Shown: positions 32,940 through 46,250 of the stretch, piece after piece
Layout: the number at the start of each line of letters is the position of its first letter
How positions within the stretch are numbered: position 1 is the stretch's first letter
Assembly (NCBI RefSeq): GCF_009914755.1
Contig: NC_060945.1
Reading direction: 5' to 3' (one strand)
Source: the human T2T-CHM13v2.0 reference genome, Homo sapiens
Length of the DNA: 64,000 bases
Notes under the pieces: generated by a model
The model's database searches: none
The model's input: only the letters and a program-made list of their open reading frames with translations
What the model was told of the DNA's origin: nothing
Made by a program: the position numbers and the translations under genes

Positions 32940-33355
32940 TTAAGAGCTTTACTGAGATATAATTCTTACACAATACAATTCAATCATTTAAAGTGTGCAA
33001 TGCAAGGATTCATGGTATATTCACAATTGTGTACACCGTTACTGTAGCTAATTTTAGAATATTTTCATCACCGTAAAAGAAAACCTGTTTAGCCATCATT
33101 TTCCTACCTCTTTATCCCCCAATCCAAAGTAACCACAGATCCACTTTCTGTGCCTATAGATTTGCCTATTCTGGATATTTCTTATAAATGGAATCATAAT
33201 ATGTGGTCTTTTGTGTCTGACTTCTTTCACTTATGAAAATATGAAAAGCATAAAGTCTTCAAGGCTCTTCTTTGTTGTAGTATGTAACCGAATTTCATTC
33301 CCTTCTATGGTCAAATAATATTCCATTATATGGATATATCACATTTTGTTTATCT
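32940..33355 (-). mobile_element. L1MB/ME 3' end fragment
   Basis: tttactgagatataattc...tatagatttgcctattctggatatttcttataaatggaatcat. Confidence 0.85.
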
Positions 33356-33630
33356 TCAGCCAACAACTAGTAAGAAAATGAGGATCTCAGTCATACAAGT
33401 TCAAGAAAATGAATTCTGCCAATAACCTAAGAGAGCCGGGAAACAGATTTCCCTAGCTGAGCCTCCAGATGAAAATGCAGCCAGCGGACACCTTGATTGC
33501 ATCCATGAGACACTGAGCAGAGAACCCAACTAAAGCATGCCAGATTTCTGATAATAAATTAATATTATTGCAAGCCACTATATTAGTGGTTATTTTCTAT
33601 CCAGCAAAGAAAACTAATACAACTAATACA
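33356..33630 (+). mobile_element. MLT1 LTR, 3' half
   Basis: gaattctgccaataacc...gagcctccagatgaaaatgcagcc...aactaataca. Confidence 0.8.
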
Positions 33631-33642
33631 GTGGCAAATGTC

Positions 33643-33645
<3 letters not shown>

Positions 33646-33688
<43 letters not shown>
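33646..33688. repeat. (TG)n microsatellite, about 21 units
   Basis: Uninterrupted tg run followed by degenerate tgca repeats. Confidence 0.97.
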
Positions 33689-33689
<1 letters not shown>

Positions 33690-35276
33690 ATGTGTGCATG
33701 CGTAGCTTTGTGTGCATGCATAATTTGTGCACTAAGAGAATTTAGTGGCTTTGAAGCACGGGCAGGACCTAACACATATTCTTGCTGTTGTTCTATATGC
33801 CTTTTGTATACCTATCATTGACTTATGTTTTATATCTAAATAGCTCTTTTACTACACATCTTTCATACACATCTTCTATAATTAAATAAATTGTTAAGAT
33901 TCTCATCTTGATGATAATGCAGTAACCTGCACAAGAGATTTGCTTGTTGATTTGTTTTGTCCTGAGAGGTAGAGTTCTAAACCCTTAAACCTTGCAAATG
34001 CTTTTCTGTTTTGAGTCCCAAATTGCACTTTTAAACAGAATGAGAGGTAGAAGAAATCAGAGATTAGATACAAAGAGACTTAAAGTTCCTAGGGGAGTGG
34101 TAAACCTAAAAGAAAACCTGCAGTTTGTCTGTGTAACCCACAGACTATTTAAATGTGGGTGTTATTGTTTAGTTAGCACAGTATTATGTAAGGGCCTAAA
34201 ACAATTTTATTCTGGTGATTTCAGAGTACAGTGTGGTATATATCTGTGTCATCAGATTGCAGTCAGAATAAAATACAATGCAAGATAAACTCCAATCATT
34301 TTTTTCATTGTGGTGTTAGCCCCAAAGCTCCCCCATTTTACCCAAAGACAAATGGACAACAAATGGTGTTCTGTTATTGGTACAGAACTCAAACTGAATG
34401 GGATTTATCAGGATTTTGTGTCTAATCTCTCTTCTTAAGGGCTCTGGCTGTTAGCTTTGACGAAGAGAATGGAAACCAGATGTTTAGATACCAGAGGCAG
34501 AGTTCCTAGGTTAAAAACAAAGTTTAAAAATGCCTTTTATTTTTATGTATTTTCATATGTCATTCTAAGTATGAACATTTCTCACTGATATTAGTGGATT
34601 TGAATTATGGATTAAATAGCCAACCACTCCCCAAATAAAACCAAACTGTGTTAACTACATCTTTAGCAATAAGTATATCTGTCCTTGTTATTACAGAAAA
34701 TAAAGCCAGTACTGAAATTTCTAAATAATACTAATAAAAAACATATTCAAGAAGTAGAACACTTTTATTTAAAAATTCCAGTAAAATGCATTCCCTCCTT
34801 GCATGGAATTTTTCTGCTCATGAAAACACTTTCAAAGCCTCCAGCTGTTCCTGATTATTTTCCCCCATCAGCTCCACACTATCATCTTAAAAAGGCACAA
34901 TAGGACTTTCCCAAATAATCACAATGCATGATGAAACTACTTCTACAGATCTAAGAACTCCAGCAAAGAATTTGTAGGGGATTACTATCTCATTTTCCAA
35001 AAGTGTCTTATTCAGATGTAGCTACAACCACCCTACAGTTAGAGCAATAATTTTTTTCTTGTCACACTTCAGGGGGTCTCCAGTTATGTTAACAACTGTC
35101 ATGAAACTCTAAAAGAAAAAAAAAATTAATGTATACTTGCTCTCATAAACAAAAGACTAAAATGTATTCTATTATCCTTAGGAGTAGAAAGGAGAAAGAG
35201 TTCCTGAAATCAAAAATTGAATAATAAGATCATAATTGCAAAGAGTTGGCCAGTCTAGATTAGGGAAGTGACTCAA

Positions 35277-35644
35277 TGTTCTACTTCATTTTCTGCTGCT
35301 ATAACAGAATACCACAGATTGGGTAATTTACAAAGAACTAAAGTTTATTTGGCTTATGGTTCTGGAGGCTAGGAAGTCCAAGAGCATGGCACTAGAATCT
35401 GGTGAGGGACATCCCATGGCAGAAGGCATCACATAGAGTGTGAATCTGCAAGACAGAGACAAACAGAGCAAAATGGATTCTATTATCAGGAGCTCACTCC
35501 CGAGGCAACAACATTAATCTATTCATGACGGCAGAGTACTCACTGACCTAATCACCTCTTAAAGACCCCACCTCTTAATACTGTTACGATGACAGTTAAC
35601 TTTTTTACACATGAACTTCTTGGGGACACATTTACATCATAGCA
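35277..35644 (-). mobile_element. MST/MLT1A-type MaLR solo LTR
   Basis: ctgctgctataacagaataccacagattgggtaattt...gacctaatcacctcttaaagaccccacc...catagca. Confidence 0.85.
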
Positions 35645-36479
35645 CTCTCAAACCTAGCTGATCATAAAAATTGCTTGGAAACAGGTTTAAAACTCATATT
35701 TTAAGGACCCTTAACATGCCTTCTAAATTGGAACTCTTGAGAGTCACCATTCATAAAGCAGTTTCCACGTATTTCAGATGCAGCTCATCTGTCACCAGAG
35801 TTTGGAAACCACAAAATTGAGGGGTGTTTAAATATTCCCAATGGTTTGTTAAAGTGTTAATTATCATGTAATACCTGATAATAATCTACTCAAACATTTA
35901 AAACACAGACTTTGGTCTGAATACTTGCATATAACTTCTGACTCCCCAAAATCCCCAATGGAATGACCAAAGGAATTCAAAAATTGTGGGAAAATTGTAT
36001 CAGCTCTGAAAATCATAGAAGGAGACCAAACTATTATGAAAAAGTAAAGCAATTCCTGCAGAATATATTGTAAGCAAGAAAATTGAGAGAACTGCTGACC
36101 AAGTCACAATTCCCACACTGACTCCAAGTTGATAGCAGCAGGGCATTAGGACAAAGTAGGAGGTACTGGAGGGAAGTTACAAATCTGGAGCTGACAAGGA
36201 TGGGATTACTCTGCATAATTTTTCCCCAGTTTACTATTGAATCATACAGCAAGCCAAGTAGAATAGGGGCAATGCTACAACTAGTCTCAAAAGAGAAAGG
36301 CTGTGACAGTCAGAGAACAGGCACATTATTCCAGCAATAAAAGTGAATTTAATCTCTTTGGCTTAAGAATAAGACTTCTTGATGTTGCTGTCCACACCCC
36401 CACCCAGCCTTAATTTATATCCTATTCTTCAGAGGTCATCACCTTATAATTTTTCAATGTAAAACTACAATAGCGTTAA

Positions 36480-36610
36480 CTCTTCCTTCCTTTTCCTTTT
36501 TAATTTCCTTCATTTTTTTTCTTCCTTCCTTCCTTTTTTACTTTCTTTCTTCCCCTGTTTTTTTATTCCTTCTCTTCCCTCCTCTTTATTCCTGCTTTAT
36601 TTTTTATTTT
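36480..36610. repeat. CT-rich low-complexity tract
   Basis: About 130 bp of nearly pure pyrimidines. Confidence 0.8.
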
Positions 36611-37177
36611 GTCCCAAACTGTATCTGTTTAAAAGAAGTCACATAAATCTCCAAATATGGACAAACCTAGAATGTCCTCCAACATTCTATTTACCTAGTC
36701 ACTCCTTCATTCCCTATCCCATCCATGTGTTATTTGCAAGAAGCAAAGAGAAAATTCTAAAGAGAGTCAATAGTTAGAAGGCAGTCAATCTGAGAAGGCA
36801 GACAAAATATTTCCTAAGAATGGTTTTATTAATAAAAGCTAGGAAAAACTATAGAAAATATCCAATGTGTACTTTCAAGAAGATTCAAGAGAACATTTTG
36901 TGTATGAAGTAAAAGCAAGAAGTCATTAAAAAGGTAGGACCTGAGAGCAGAAAAAGTTGCTTTGAGATGAAAAATATGACCATGAAATTTCTAATGTAAT
37001 GGAATTTGTGAATACAAGAGGAGATTCTGTAGAATTGGAATCAATGGATTAGAAAAATAAGCTAAATAACTTCTTCCAGAACTTCTAAAAATGTAAAAAC
37101 AATGCTGCCAAAGAAGTAAAAATTTAGAGGAAATATCCAGGAGATCTAAAATAAGTTTTATAAGAAGTCTAGAAGGA

Positions 37178-37455
37178 CACAGGAACAGAAAACCGAATAC
37201 CACATGCTTTCATGTGTAAGTGGAAGCTGACTGAGGGGAACACATGGGCACATGAGAGGGAACAACACACACTGGGTACCTATTGGGGGTGTGGGGCAGA
37301 GAGCATCAGGAAGAATAGCTAATGGATGCTGGGCTTAATTTCTAGGTGATGGGATGATCTGTGCAGTAAACCACCATGGCACACATTTACCTATGTAACA
37401 AACCTGCACATCCTGCACATGTACCCCTGGACTTAAAATAAAAGTTGAAAAAGAT
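37178..37455 (+). mobile_element. L1PA 3' end insertion
   Basis: L1PA 3'UTR; degenerate TSD agaagtctagaagga / agatgtctagaaaga. Confidence 0.9.
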
Positions 37456-37781
37456 AGATGTCTAGAAAGAAAGAACTTGGCAGATAGAGCAGCAAAAATT
37501 AAAAAAAAAAAAAAAAAGGAAGAAGCAATAGAAAACTTAGCAGAGCTGAAGAAAGTCATTTGACTAGAAGTGTAGAGGACATGTTTAATGTCAGGTAAAA
37601 TTAATTAAAGCAGAGTTAAGCCTGATATATTTTGATGAAATATTTCATTTCAGCACTAAAAACAGAACCCTACAAGCATCAACACAGGGGTGCCAGCAGG
37701 GAAGGGCGAGGACAAGTGACTTACAAAAGAAATCCTCAAATTGGCACCAAGTTTTTCACAATACTAAATGCCAAAGGATCA

Positions 37782-38215
<434 letters not shown>

Positions 38216-38299
38216 TTACAAAAAGAAGGGAACAGCTGAAAGAGACAAAGGCAGTAACGAAAATCTAAGAAGGGGGAAGACAGTAGTATAATAACACGT

Positions 38300-38545
38300 A
38301 GTGTTTACCCAGTGGTTACTATGGGCAAAGCACTGTTCCAAATACTTCAGTAACCCACTCAAACCTCACAATAACCCTATGAAATAGACTCTGTTGCTAT
38401 ACCCAGTGCAGAGGACAATACAGTTTTAGAGAAATCAAGGAACTTGTTCACAGTTATAGGGCTAGCAAAATGGTGCAGCCAGGAGTTAAGTCCAGAGAGT
38501 CTGAGCACCACATCTGAGTGCTTAACCACTAGGCTACGCAGCTCC
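38300..38545 (-). mobile_element. MIR SINE
   Basis: cctcacaataaccctatgaaatag...aggaacttgttcacagttatagggctag...cttaaccact. Confidence 0.7.
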
Positions 38546-38671
38546 TCGAAAGGAAAATGAAAGGAGAGCAAAAATAGAAAACGTAAAGGAGGAAGCTCCA
38601 AAATAATTATTAAAAATGAATCAATAACAAAAGTATTGAAATACATACCTCTTATGAAAACAAATGACTCT

Positions 38672-39182
38672 CCAAGCCTTAAAAAAGAAGAAAATCCTGC
38701 CTTTTGCAACAACCTGGATGAGCCTGGAGGACATTACGCTAAGTGAAATAAGCCAGGCACAGAAAGACAAATATTGCATGATCTCACACATGTGGAGTCC
38801 AAAAAAGTCAAACCTAGAGAAACAGAGAGTGGAAGGGTAGTTACCAGGACCTGGGAGATGGGGAGAAAGGAAAGATGTTTGTTAAAGGGTATAATTTTTC
38901 AATTATAACATTAATAACTTTTGAAAATCTAATGTAGATTATGGTGACTATGGTTCATAATAATGTATTATTAGCTTGAAATTTGCCAAGAGAGTAGATT
39001 TTAAGTGTTCCCACCCCCAAGAAAGGTAACTATGTGAGCTGATATGTTAATTAACTTAATTTTGAGAATCATTTCACAATGTATATGTATATCAAATCAT
39101 CACATTATACACTTTAAGTATATGCAATTTTTATTTGTAAATCGTACCTCAATAAAGCTGGAAAAAATTCTTAAAAAAAAAG
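38672..39182 (+). mobile_element. L1MA (about L1MA9) 3' end insertion
   Basis: ORF2 end, 3'UTR, aataaa and A tail; degenerate TSD aaacaaatgactct / aaatatatgactct. Confidence 0.88.
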
Positions 39183-39551
39183 AAATATATGACTCTTCGG
39201 AAGTGTAAAGAACTTAAATCACAGAAAGGTTAGAAATAAAGAGACGAGTAAATATACGCCAGGGAAATGCAAATTTAAAAATACATGTGTCAATCTCAGA
39301 AAAGGTAAAATTCAAATTAAACATAAACAGGACAGAGAGAACTATTTTCTGTTCATAAAAAGGAAAATCCAGAATGAATTTGTAAAAGATAAAAACTTTG
39401 TATGTGCTATGTACCATGGCACTTCAAAAAAACAGCAAAATCCAATGAAACAATAAAAATTACATTGTAGTCGTGGCAAAAAGCATTTAATGTTTTCTCA
39501 GTCTTTGGCTAATCAAGACAAAAGTTCAGTATATAAAATAATTGACTATTA

Positions 39552-39849
39552 CAAATCGTCCCTTGGTATCCAAATGGGATGAGTTTCAGGACCATCTGGG
39601 ATACTAAAATTCATGCATGCTCAAGTTCCTTATATAAAATGGTGCAGTATTTGTATGTAACCTACGCATATCCTCCCACATTCTTTAAATCATCTCTATA
39701 TTACTTACAATACCTAATACAATGTAAATGCTATGTAAATTGTTATTATGCTATATTTTCTTATGAATTATTTTTTATTTTTTTTTAATTTTCATCTGAA
39801 GTTGATTGACTCCAAGGCTGCAAAATCCATGAATACAGAGGTCTAATTG
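39552..39849 (+). mobile_element. MER2 (TcMar-Tigger) DNA transposon
   Basis: cgtcccttggtatcc...gaatacagagg degenerate terminal inverted repeats; TA on both flanks. Confidence 0.85.
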
Positions 39850-39914
39850 TATATTTAGTATGTTAATTTTATGGATATGAAAGTAATAATATAACAATAT
39901 AGAGATACATGTAA

Positions 39915-40150
39915 AAGAGGGTCGTGATTAAGGACATTGGCTGCAGAGCTGTATAACCTGAATTTCAAACTTATTTCCCCCACTTAACTAGCTCAGTCCT
40001 TAGACAATACACTTACCATCTTGCTACCTCAGTTTCCTTCTATCCTCCCTTATAAAATGGATGGTATCATTGTTATGATAATTAAAGTCTATACATATAG
40101 TACAAAAATTAGTGTCCAGCCCATAATAAATAATTACTATGAGCTGCTAT
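39915..40150 (+). mobile_element. MIR SINE
   Basis: ccttagacaatacacttaccatcttgctacctcagtttcc...tataaaatgg. Confidence 0.65.
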
Positions 40151-40158
40151 AATAACTA

Positions 40159-40165
<7 letters not shown>

Positions 40166-40195
<30 letters not shown>
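40166..40195. repeat. (TA)n microsatellite
   Basis: About 15 TA units. Confidence 0.95.
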
Positions 40196-40197
<2 letters not shown>

Positions 40198-40569
40198 AAT
40201 TTTGAGTTTTACGAATAGAGAATATTCTTTCTTTCCAAATATTTTAGGGATATTTTACAAAAAACAGTAATATAATATGCCACAGGAAAGCACAATAAAT
40301 TATTTAATGTGGAAATTACATGGACCACATATCTAAGTATACTAAAACTCTAATAATAATAGTAAACAAAAAATCATCCTACAAAGAAATTTTAAAACAC
40401 CCTCCTAAGAAATTTTTGGGTAACAAAAGAAATCAAAACTGTACTTTAACTTATCCAGATAATTCTAGATTGTATTCTAGATTCTAGAATATAACCAATT
40501 AAGTGTCTATATATCAAACCTAGGTGATTATAGTAATACAATAAAAGTTTTACCATACAACAATGGAGA

Positions 40570-41640
40570 TGTCATCTTTGTAACTTTAGAACAAGAATTT
40601 TTAAACAAGAAATAAGACACACCTCTTCAAAGAAAAAAGTGATGCACTGGACAATGTTTAAATTATAAAACTATGTTAATCAAGGACACCATTGAGAGAG
40701 TGAAAAAACAGCTACCATAGAAGAAGATACTCATAATGTACATGTGTAACGAAGACTTCAGATCCAGAAAAAAGAACACTTAAAAATCAGTAGGAGAAAA
40801 CAAAAGAAAAATAGACAAGAAACTTGAACAGTTACTTCACAAAAGAAGTATCTAAATGGCCAATAAACTATGAAAAAATACTAACTTTTCATGTCATCAG
40901 AAAAATGCAAATTAAAACCACAGTGTGAGACCATTGCCCACCCACCAGAACGGCTAAAATTTAAAAGAACAATCAATACTAAATTTTGTCAAGGATATGG
41001 AGTAACCAAGTATCCCATACATTGTTAGTAGAAATGAAATTAGTACAACCAACTTGGAAAACTGTTCAGAGTATCTATTAATGTTGAAAATACATATTCC
41101 AAGTATATCCCCACCAAGACATGCATCCATATGTTCACCAAAAGACGTCTACTAGAAAGCTCATAGCAGCAATATTTATAATACTCTGTAGTTAGAAATG
41201 ACCCATCAACAGTAGAATGGATGAACAAATGGTGATGTATTCACAGAATAAAATAATATATAGCTATAAGAATGAATACATTATAATTATACATAACAAT
41301 ATGGCGGAAGCTCACAAATAATATTGAGCCAAAGAAGCCAGATGCAAAGACTACAAACTATGATTTCATTTATACAAAGAACAAAGGAGGCAGAATTAAT
41401 CTATGCTATTAAAAGTTAAGGTATTAGTTACCTTTGGGAGGATTGTGACTAGAAAGAAGGGCTCTGGGAAGCCAGTATATTCTATTTCTTGATCTAGGTA
41501 CAGATTACACAGGTTTATTCAGTTGGTGATGTTTGTATGAGTGTGTTCAGTTTGTAAAAATTCATTGAGCTTTTTGACTATGGTGTACACACTTTTCTCT
41601 TTTTATATTAACTATCTTTCAATAAAATGTTTTAAAAATT
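40570..41640 (+). mobile_element. L1MD/ME 3' portion
   Basis: aaatgcaaattaaaaccacagtg...tatattctatttcttgatctaggt...aataaaatgttttaaaaa. Confidence 0.8.
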
Positions 41641-41969
41641 TATGGGAACAGATTTAAAAGTATACTAACAGGAAAATACAGAGCACTTTGTGCTTAACAA
41701 AAGAATATCACTCAAGAAGGTATAAAAAGTAATACAAAATGAACTAAGTTTCTAAATGTAGAAGCAGGAAAGGGAAATTAATAGAGCTTAAGAACCACAT
41801 TTAAATTAATGATAAAATATTAAAATGCAAAACTGATAAATAAATCCAAGCACCAGCTCTTTGAAAAGACCATAGGCAAACCTCAGGAAATGTAAAATGA
41901 AAAAAAAAATAAAAAGAGGTAAAACCTAAGTTTGAAAAATGATGAAGGGGATGGGATATTATCATAGAT

Positions 41970-42179
41970 CAGAAATTCTCAACTTTAGCAACACTGACAT
42001 TTGGGGCCAGATAATTCTTTGTTATAAGGGGCTAGCCTGTGCATTGTAACAGTAGCCCTGGCTTCTACCAACTAGATGGCAGTAGCACATTCCCACTTCC
42101 ATCTGCAAAATCTGAAAATATCTCCATACATTAACAAATGTCAGGAAAGGCAAAATCACCTCCAGCTGAGAAGTAGTGC
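41970..42179 (+). mobile_element. MER20 hAT-Charlie element
   Basis: ttctcaactttagcaacactgacatttggggccagataattctttgtt...ccaactagatggcagtagcac. Confidence 0.85.
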
Positions 42180-42499
42180 AATGGTAAAGGAAGTAAAACC
42201 CTATACTATTAACTTTTTACATCTGAATAAAAAAGCAATGTTTGAGGAAATATACATTATAAAAAATGGTGGAAATGTGGTAGAGAAGCTCAATAAAACA
42301 GTAATCAAAAAATTAAAATTTGTATTAAAGATTCATTACCCAAAAAAGGCAAATTCTGAATTTTCTATGTTGTTACGTTGATTTGTGTGTATATTCATGC
42401 CCTGGTGCCACACCCATTTAATCATTGTGGCAGAGAATACCCTTCAGACTTCTAAGGACTAGATCATTCATCTCCTACTTAGAATGTTATTGAGAGAAG

Positions 42500-42795
42500 T
42501 TATACAATAGAAATATAAATGAATACCCCATATAAGTAATAGAAATTGAAGAAATTTGATTTAATAATAGATAAATAATTATAATGATATATTAATTGTA
42601 ATGATAAGATTTTATAAAAGTTGATGTATCAAAAATATTATTCCAATGTACATTCAATACAAAAGTATAATATTTGAATTCTTTTTTCATACTAAGTATT
42701 TGAAATTTGGTATGTATGATATACTTACAGAACATCTCCATTCAGACTAGCTATATTCCAGTGCTCAGTAGCTATCTGTGTATTGGACAGCACAT
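42500..42795. mobile_element. MER3/MER33-like hAT element
   Basis: caatagaaatataaatgaatacc...catctccattcagactagctatattccagtgctcagtagc...tattggacagcac. Confidence 0.65.
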
Positions 42796-43145
42796 TTACA
42801 GAGTATAGTTAAAGATGGAAATTTCCTGGATTCATTTTTCTCATTTCCTGAAGACAGTAGAAACGTGATCTTTAAAAAGAATAAAAAAAACAAAGACAAT
42901 TGGCACTTCAGAACTTAGAAACAAAATCTTCAAACAAAATGTTAGCAAAACAATTATCATTACCTTAAAATGATAATATGTCATTCATGATCAAGTATGG
43001 TTACTCTAAGAATGCAAGGTGCAATTTATATTGGACCTATTAATATTATTTATCCTCTACTATATAAGAGAGAAAATCATATGAGCAGTTTAATGCCAGA
43101 AATGTATTCAGTTAATTAAATTTCATTTATATTCCTGATTTTATC

Positions 43146-43428
43146 TTTTTTTTTTTTTCTGAGACAGAGTCTTGCTTTGTCACCCAGGCTGGAGTCCAGT
43201 GGTGTGATCTCAGCTCGCAACACCCTCCACTTCCTGGGTTCAAGTGATTCTCATGCCTCAGCCTCCCGAGTAACTAGGACTACAGGTGCATGCCACCATA
43301 CCTGGCTAATCTTTATATTTTTAGTAGAGATCATGTAGGCCAGGCTGGTCTCCAACTCCTGACCTCAAGTGATCCACCCGACTTAGCCTCCCAAAGTGAG
43401 ATTACAGGTGTGAGCCACCGTGCCAGGT
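43146..43428 (-). mobile_element. AluS SINE
   Basis: Dimer with a small internal deletion; no TSD evident. Confidence 0.95.
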
Positions 43429-43969
43429 CATCCCCCCATGCCCTGCTTCTTATATGTTGTACACCATATATTAGAATTCAAAAGCTGATATCAAAGGTAA
43501 AAGTAAAATGTCTTATTTTTAATAAAACTGAGAATGATCTAAGAATAAGAATACCCTAATTCTTAAAGATTCACTACTTAAAAGTCAGCTCTCTCCAAAT
43601 TAATTTATAAATATTTTATAAGTCCGATTAGTGTCAAAATTATTAAAAATATTACCTGTAAGAAATAAATTATAAAATGGCCAACAGATTTTTGGAAAAA
43701 AGGTGTGCTTTGACTTACTAGATATTAAAATAAATAAGAAAAAAGTAATTAAAATAGAGAAGAACAAGTGTAGGAAGTATAGGCAGTTCAATCATGCAAT
43801 GTAAGGTCCAGAAAGAACTCAGATATTTATAGAAATGTAATATACAGAAATAGTTACTTTTCAATTCCAGTAAAGATAGATTCTTCAATACATGTTCAAG
43901 AGTTTAGCTACAGTGAATGCTTATTGGAGTACTATTCATTGGTGAAAAATAGGAATCAACTAAAATGTT

Positions 43970-44414
43970 TGTGACGGTTAATACTGAGTGTCAACTTGAT
44001 TGGACTGAAGGATGCAAAACATTGATACTGAGTGTGTCTGTAAGGGTGTTGCCAAAGGAGATTAACATTTGAGTCAGTGGGCTGGGAAAGGCAGATCCAC
44101 CCTTAATCTGGGTGGGAACCATCTAATCAGCTGCAAGCACAGCCATAATATAAAGCAGGCAGAAAACCATGAAAAGGTTAGACTGGCCTAACCTCCCAGC
44201 CTACATCTTTCTCCCGTGCTGGATATTTCCTGCCCTCAAACATCAGCCTCCAAGTTCTTCAGCTTTGGGACTCTGACTGGCTCTTCTTGCTCCCTAACTT
44301 GTAGACGGCCTATTGTGGGACCTTGTGATTGTGTGAGTTAATACTCCTTAATAAACTCCTTTTTGTATATATATCCTATTAGTTCTGTTCCTCTAGAGAA
44401 CCCTAACTAATACA
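43970..44414 (+). mobile_element. 5' LTR, MLT2A (length fits MLT2A1)
   Basis: tgtgacggttaatactgagtgtcaacttgattgg...ctagagaaccctaactaataca, 445 bp. Confidence 0.93.
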
Positions 44415-44419
44415 GATTT

Positions 44420-44434
44420 TGGAACCAGGAGTGG
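44420..44434 (+). promoter_or_regulatory. Primer binding site, tRNA-Leu type
   Basis: tggaaccaggagtgg, one mismatch to the recalled complement of the tRNA-Leu(UAA) 3' end (tggtaccaggagtgg), 5 nt after the LTR. Confidence 0.8.
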
Positions 44435-44479
44435 TTCTAGAGGAACAGAATATTAAGGATGGAGTTCTTTCATTGGTTT

Positions 44480-46250
44480 TGGGGTTTCTGGAATTGTCTG
44501 CTTAATATGATTAGAGCCTAAAATGCTAAAGTCTCTGCTTCCAATAGTATGGAGAAAACTGATAGTTCTTGGCATGAACTGTTTAGAGAGTTATGCAAGA
44601 TAAATGCATTTGACACTCCTGATTCACCGCTCATGAGATGCAAGTTTAGTGACTCTATACATAATACCTTTGACCATATGTAGAGAACCAAAGAACATAA
44701 TGAAGTTGGTTGGTTGCTCCTAAGTTCACTGGACAAAGTGATGAGAGAAAATGATGAACTCAAGGATTCTAACTCCAGGCTACAGAAGCAGATACTTAGC
44801 TTCAAATCTACTAAGATTGCCCTGAGTGAGAAAGAGCTGTAGAGAAAGAGCTGAAATTGTGGAAAAACAGACACAAACTCTTATCATGCGAGGGGCTGGC
44901 ATGCAATGAAAGATGCATGCACAGCCTCACCAGGTGTCTACTGTTAAAGTGAGGGCATTGACTGGAAAAGAATGGGACCTTGCAACTTGAAATGGGGATG
45001 TATGGGAGGACCCTGATGAAGCTGGGGACACTGAGTTTGTAAACTCTGATGAAACTTTTTTACCAGAAGGAATAGCTTCCCCATCCCCAGTAGTGGCAAC
45101 ATCCCCTCTCTAACCCATGCTGCCATCAGCCTTTCCACCTGTGTCTGAGGGGATAAAGCTTGTACTGTCTGAGGCAACAGTGGTGGACCGCTTGAGCCAG
45201 TTGCCAGGCAGGATAATGTTGATTCTCCTCTGGAACCACCCCCAAAACCCCTGTTTGCTTCTAGAACTATAACTAGACTAAAGTCTGGGCAGGCCCTTAG
45301 AGGTGAGGTTCAGAGTGTGACCCATGAGGAGGTGTGGGACACTTGAAAAGAACTGCTTGAGTTTTCCAATGTACACAAGCAGAAATCTGGAGAACAGGCA
45401 TGAGAATGGATATTAAAGTTGTAGAATAATGGTGGAAGGAACACAGAGTTGGATCAGGCTAAATTTATTGATTTGGGCCCACTAGGTAGGGATTCTGCAT
45501 TTAATGTTGAAGCTCAGGGAGTTGAAAAAGATTCTAATAATTTATTTGCTTGGTTAGCCGAAATACGGATTCCAAGATGGCTCACTCTGAGTGAGCTGGA
45601 ATTGCCTCATCTGCCTTGGTTTAATGTAGACGAAGGGATCCAAAGGCTTAGGGAGATTGGGATGGTGGAGTAGATAAGTCACTTTAGATCCACTCATCCC
45701 AGCTGGTAGGGTACAGAAGATATACCCTTGACCAACGCTTTGGGAAACAAATTTGTGAGGGCAGCACCTGCCTCTTAGAAGAGCCCTGTAATTGCTCTTC
45801 TCTGTATGTCAGATCTAAAAGTGGAAACCACAGTCATTCAACTTCAATATTTAAATACAATGGGTATAATTGGATCCCGAGCTGCTAAGGGCCAAGTGGC
45901 AGCACTCAAACAACAAAGGCAAGGTGGGCTACTGTAATGGGTGGCAGAGGCAAGGCAGCAATCAGAATAGTCTGACTTGTGTAGACCTCTGGCATTGGTT
46001 AATTAATCAAGGTGTTCCTAGAAGTGAAATCGATGGGAAGCCTACTGTATTCCTACTTAATTTATATAAGCAGAAAACTTCTAGATCAAATGGACAAAGA
46101 CTAATGTGAATTATAAAACCAGAAAATCATGGCCCCTCAATCAATTTCCACACTTGAGCCAATTTACAGACCCAGAAACCCTTGAATGAAGAGGAAGCCA
46201 GGTCTCCTTGAGGAAGGACCCCACTACACTACTGACAATTTATGCTGTTA
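44480..46250 (+). pseudogene. gag: HERV-L gag remnant
   Basis: Fragments DQAKFIDLGPLGRDSAFN, PWFNVDEGIQRLREIGMVE, LWHWLINQGVPRSEIDG; many stops. Confidence 0.8.
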
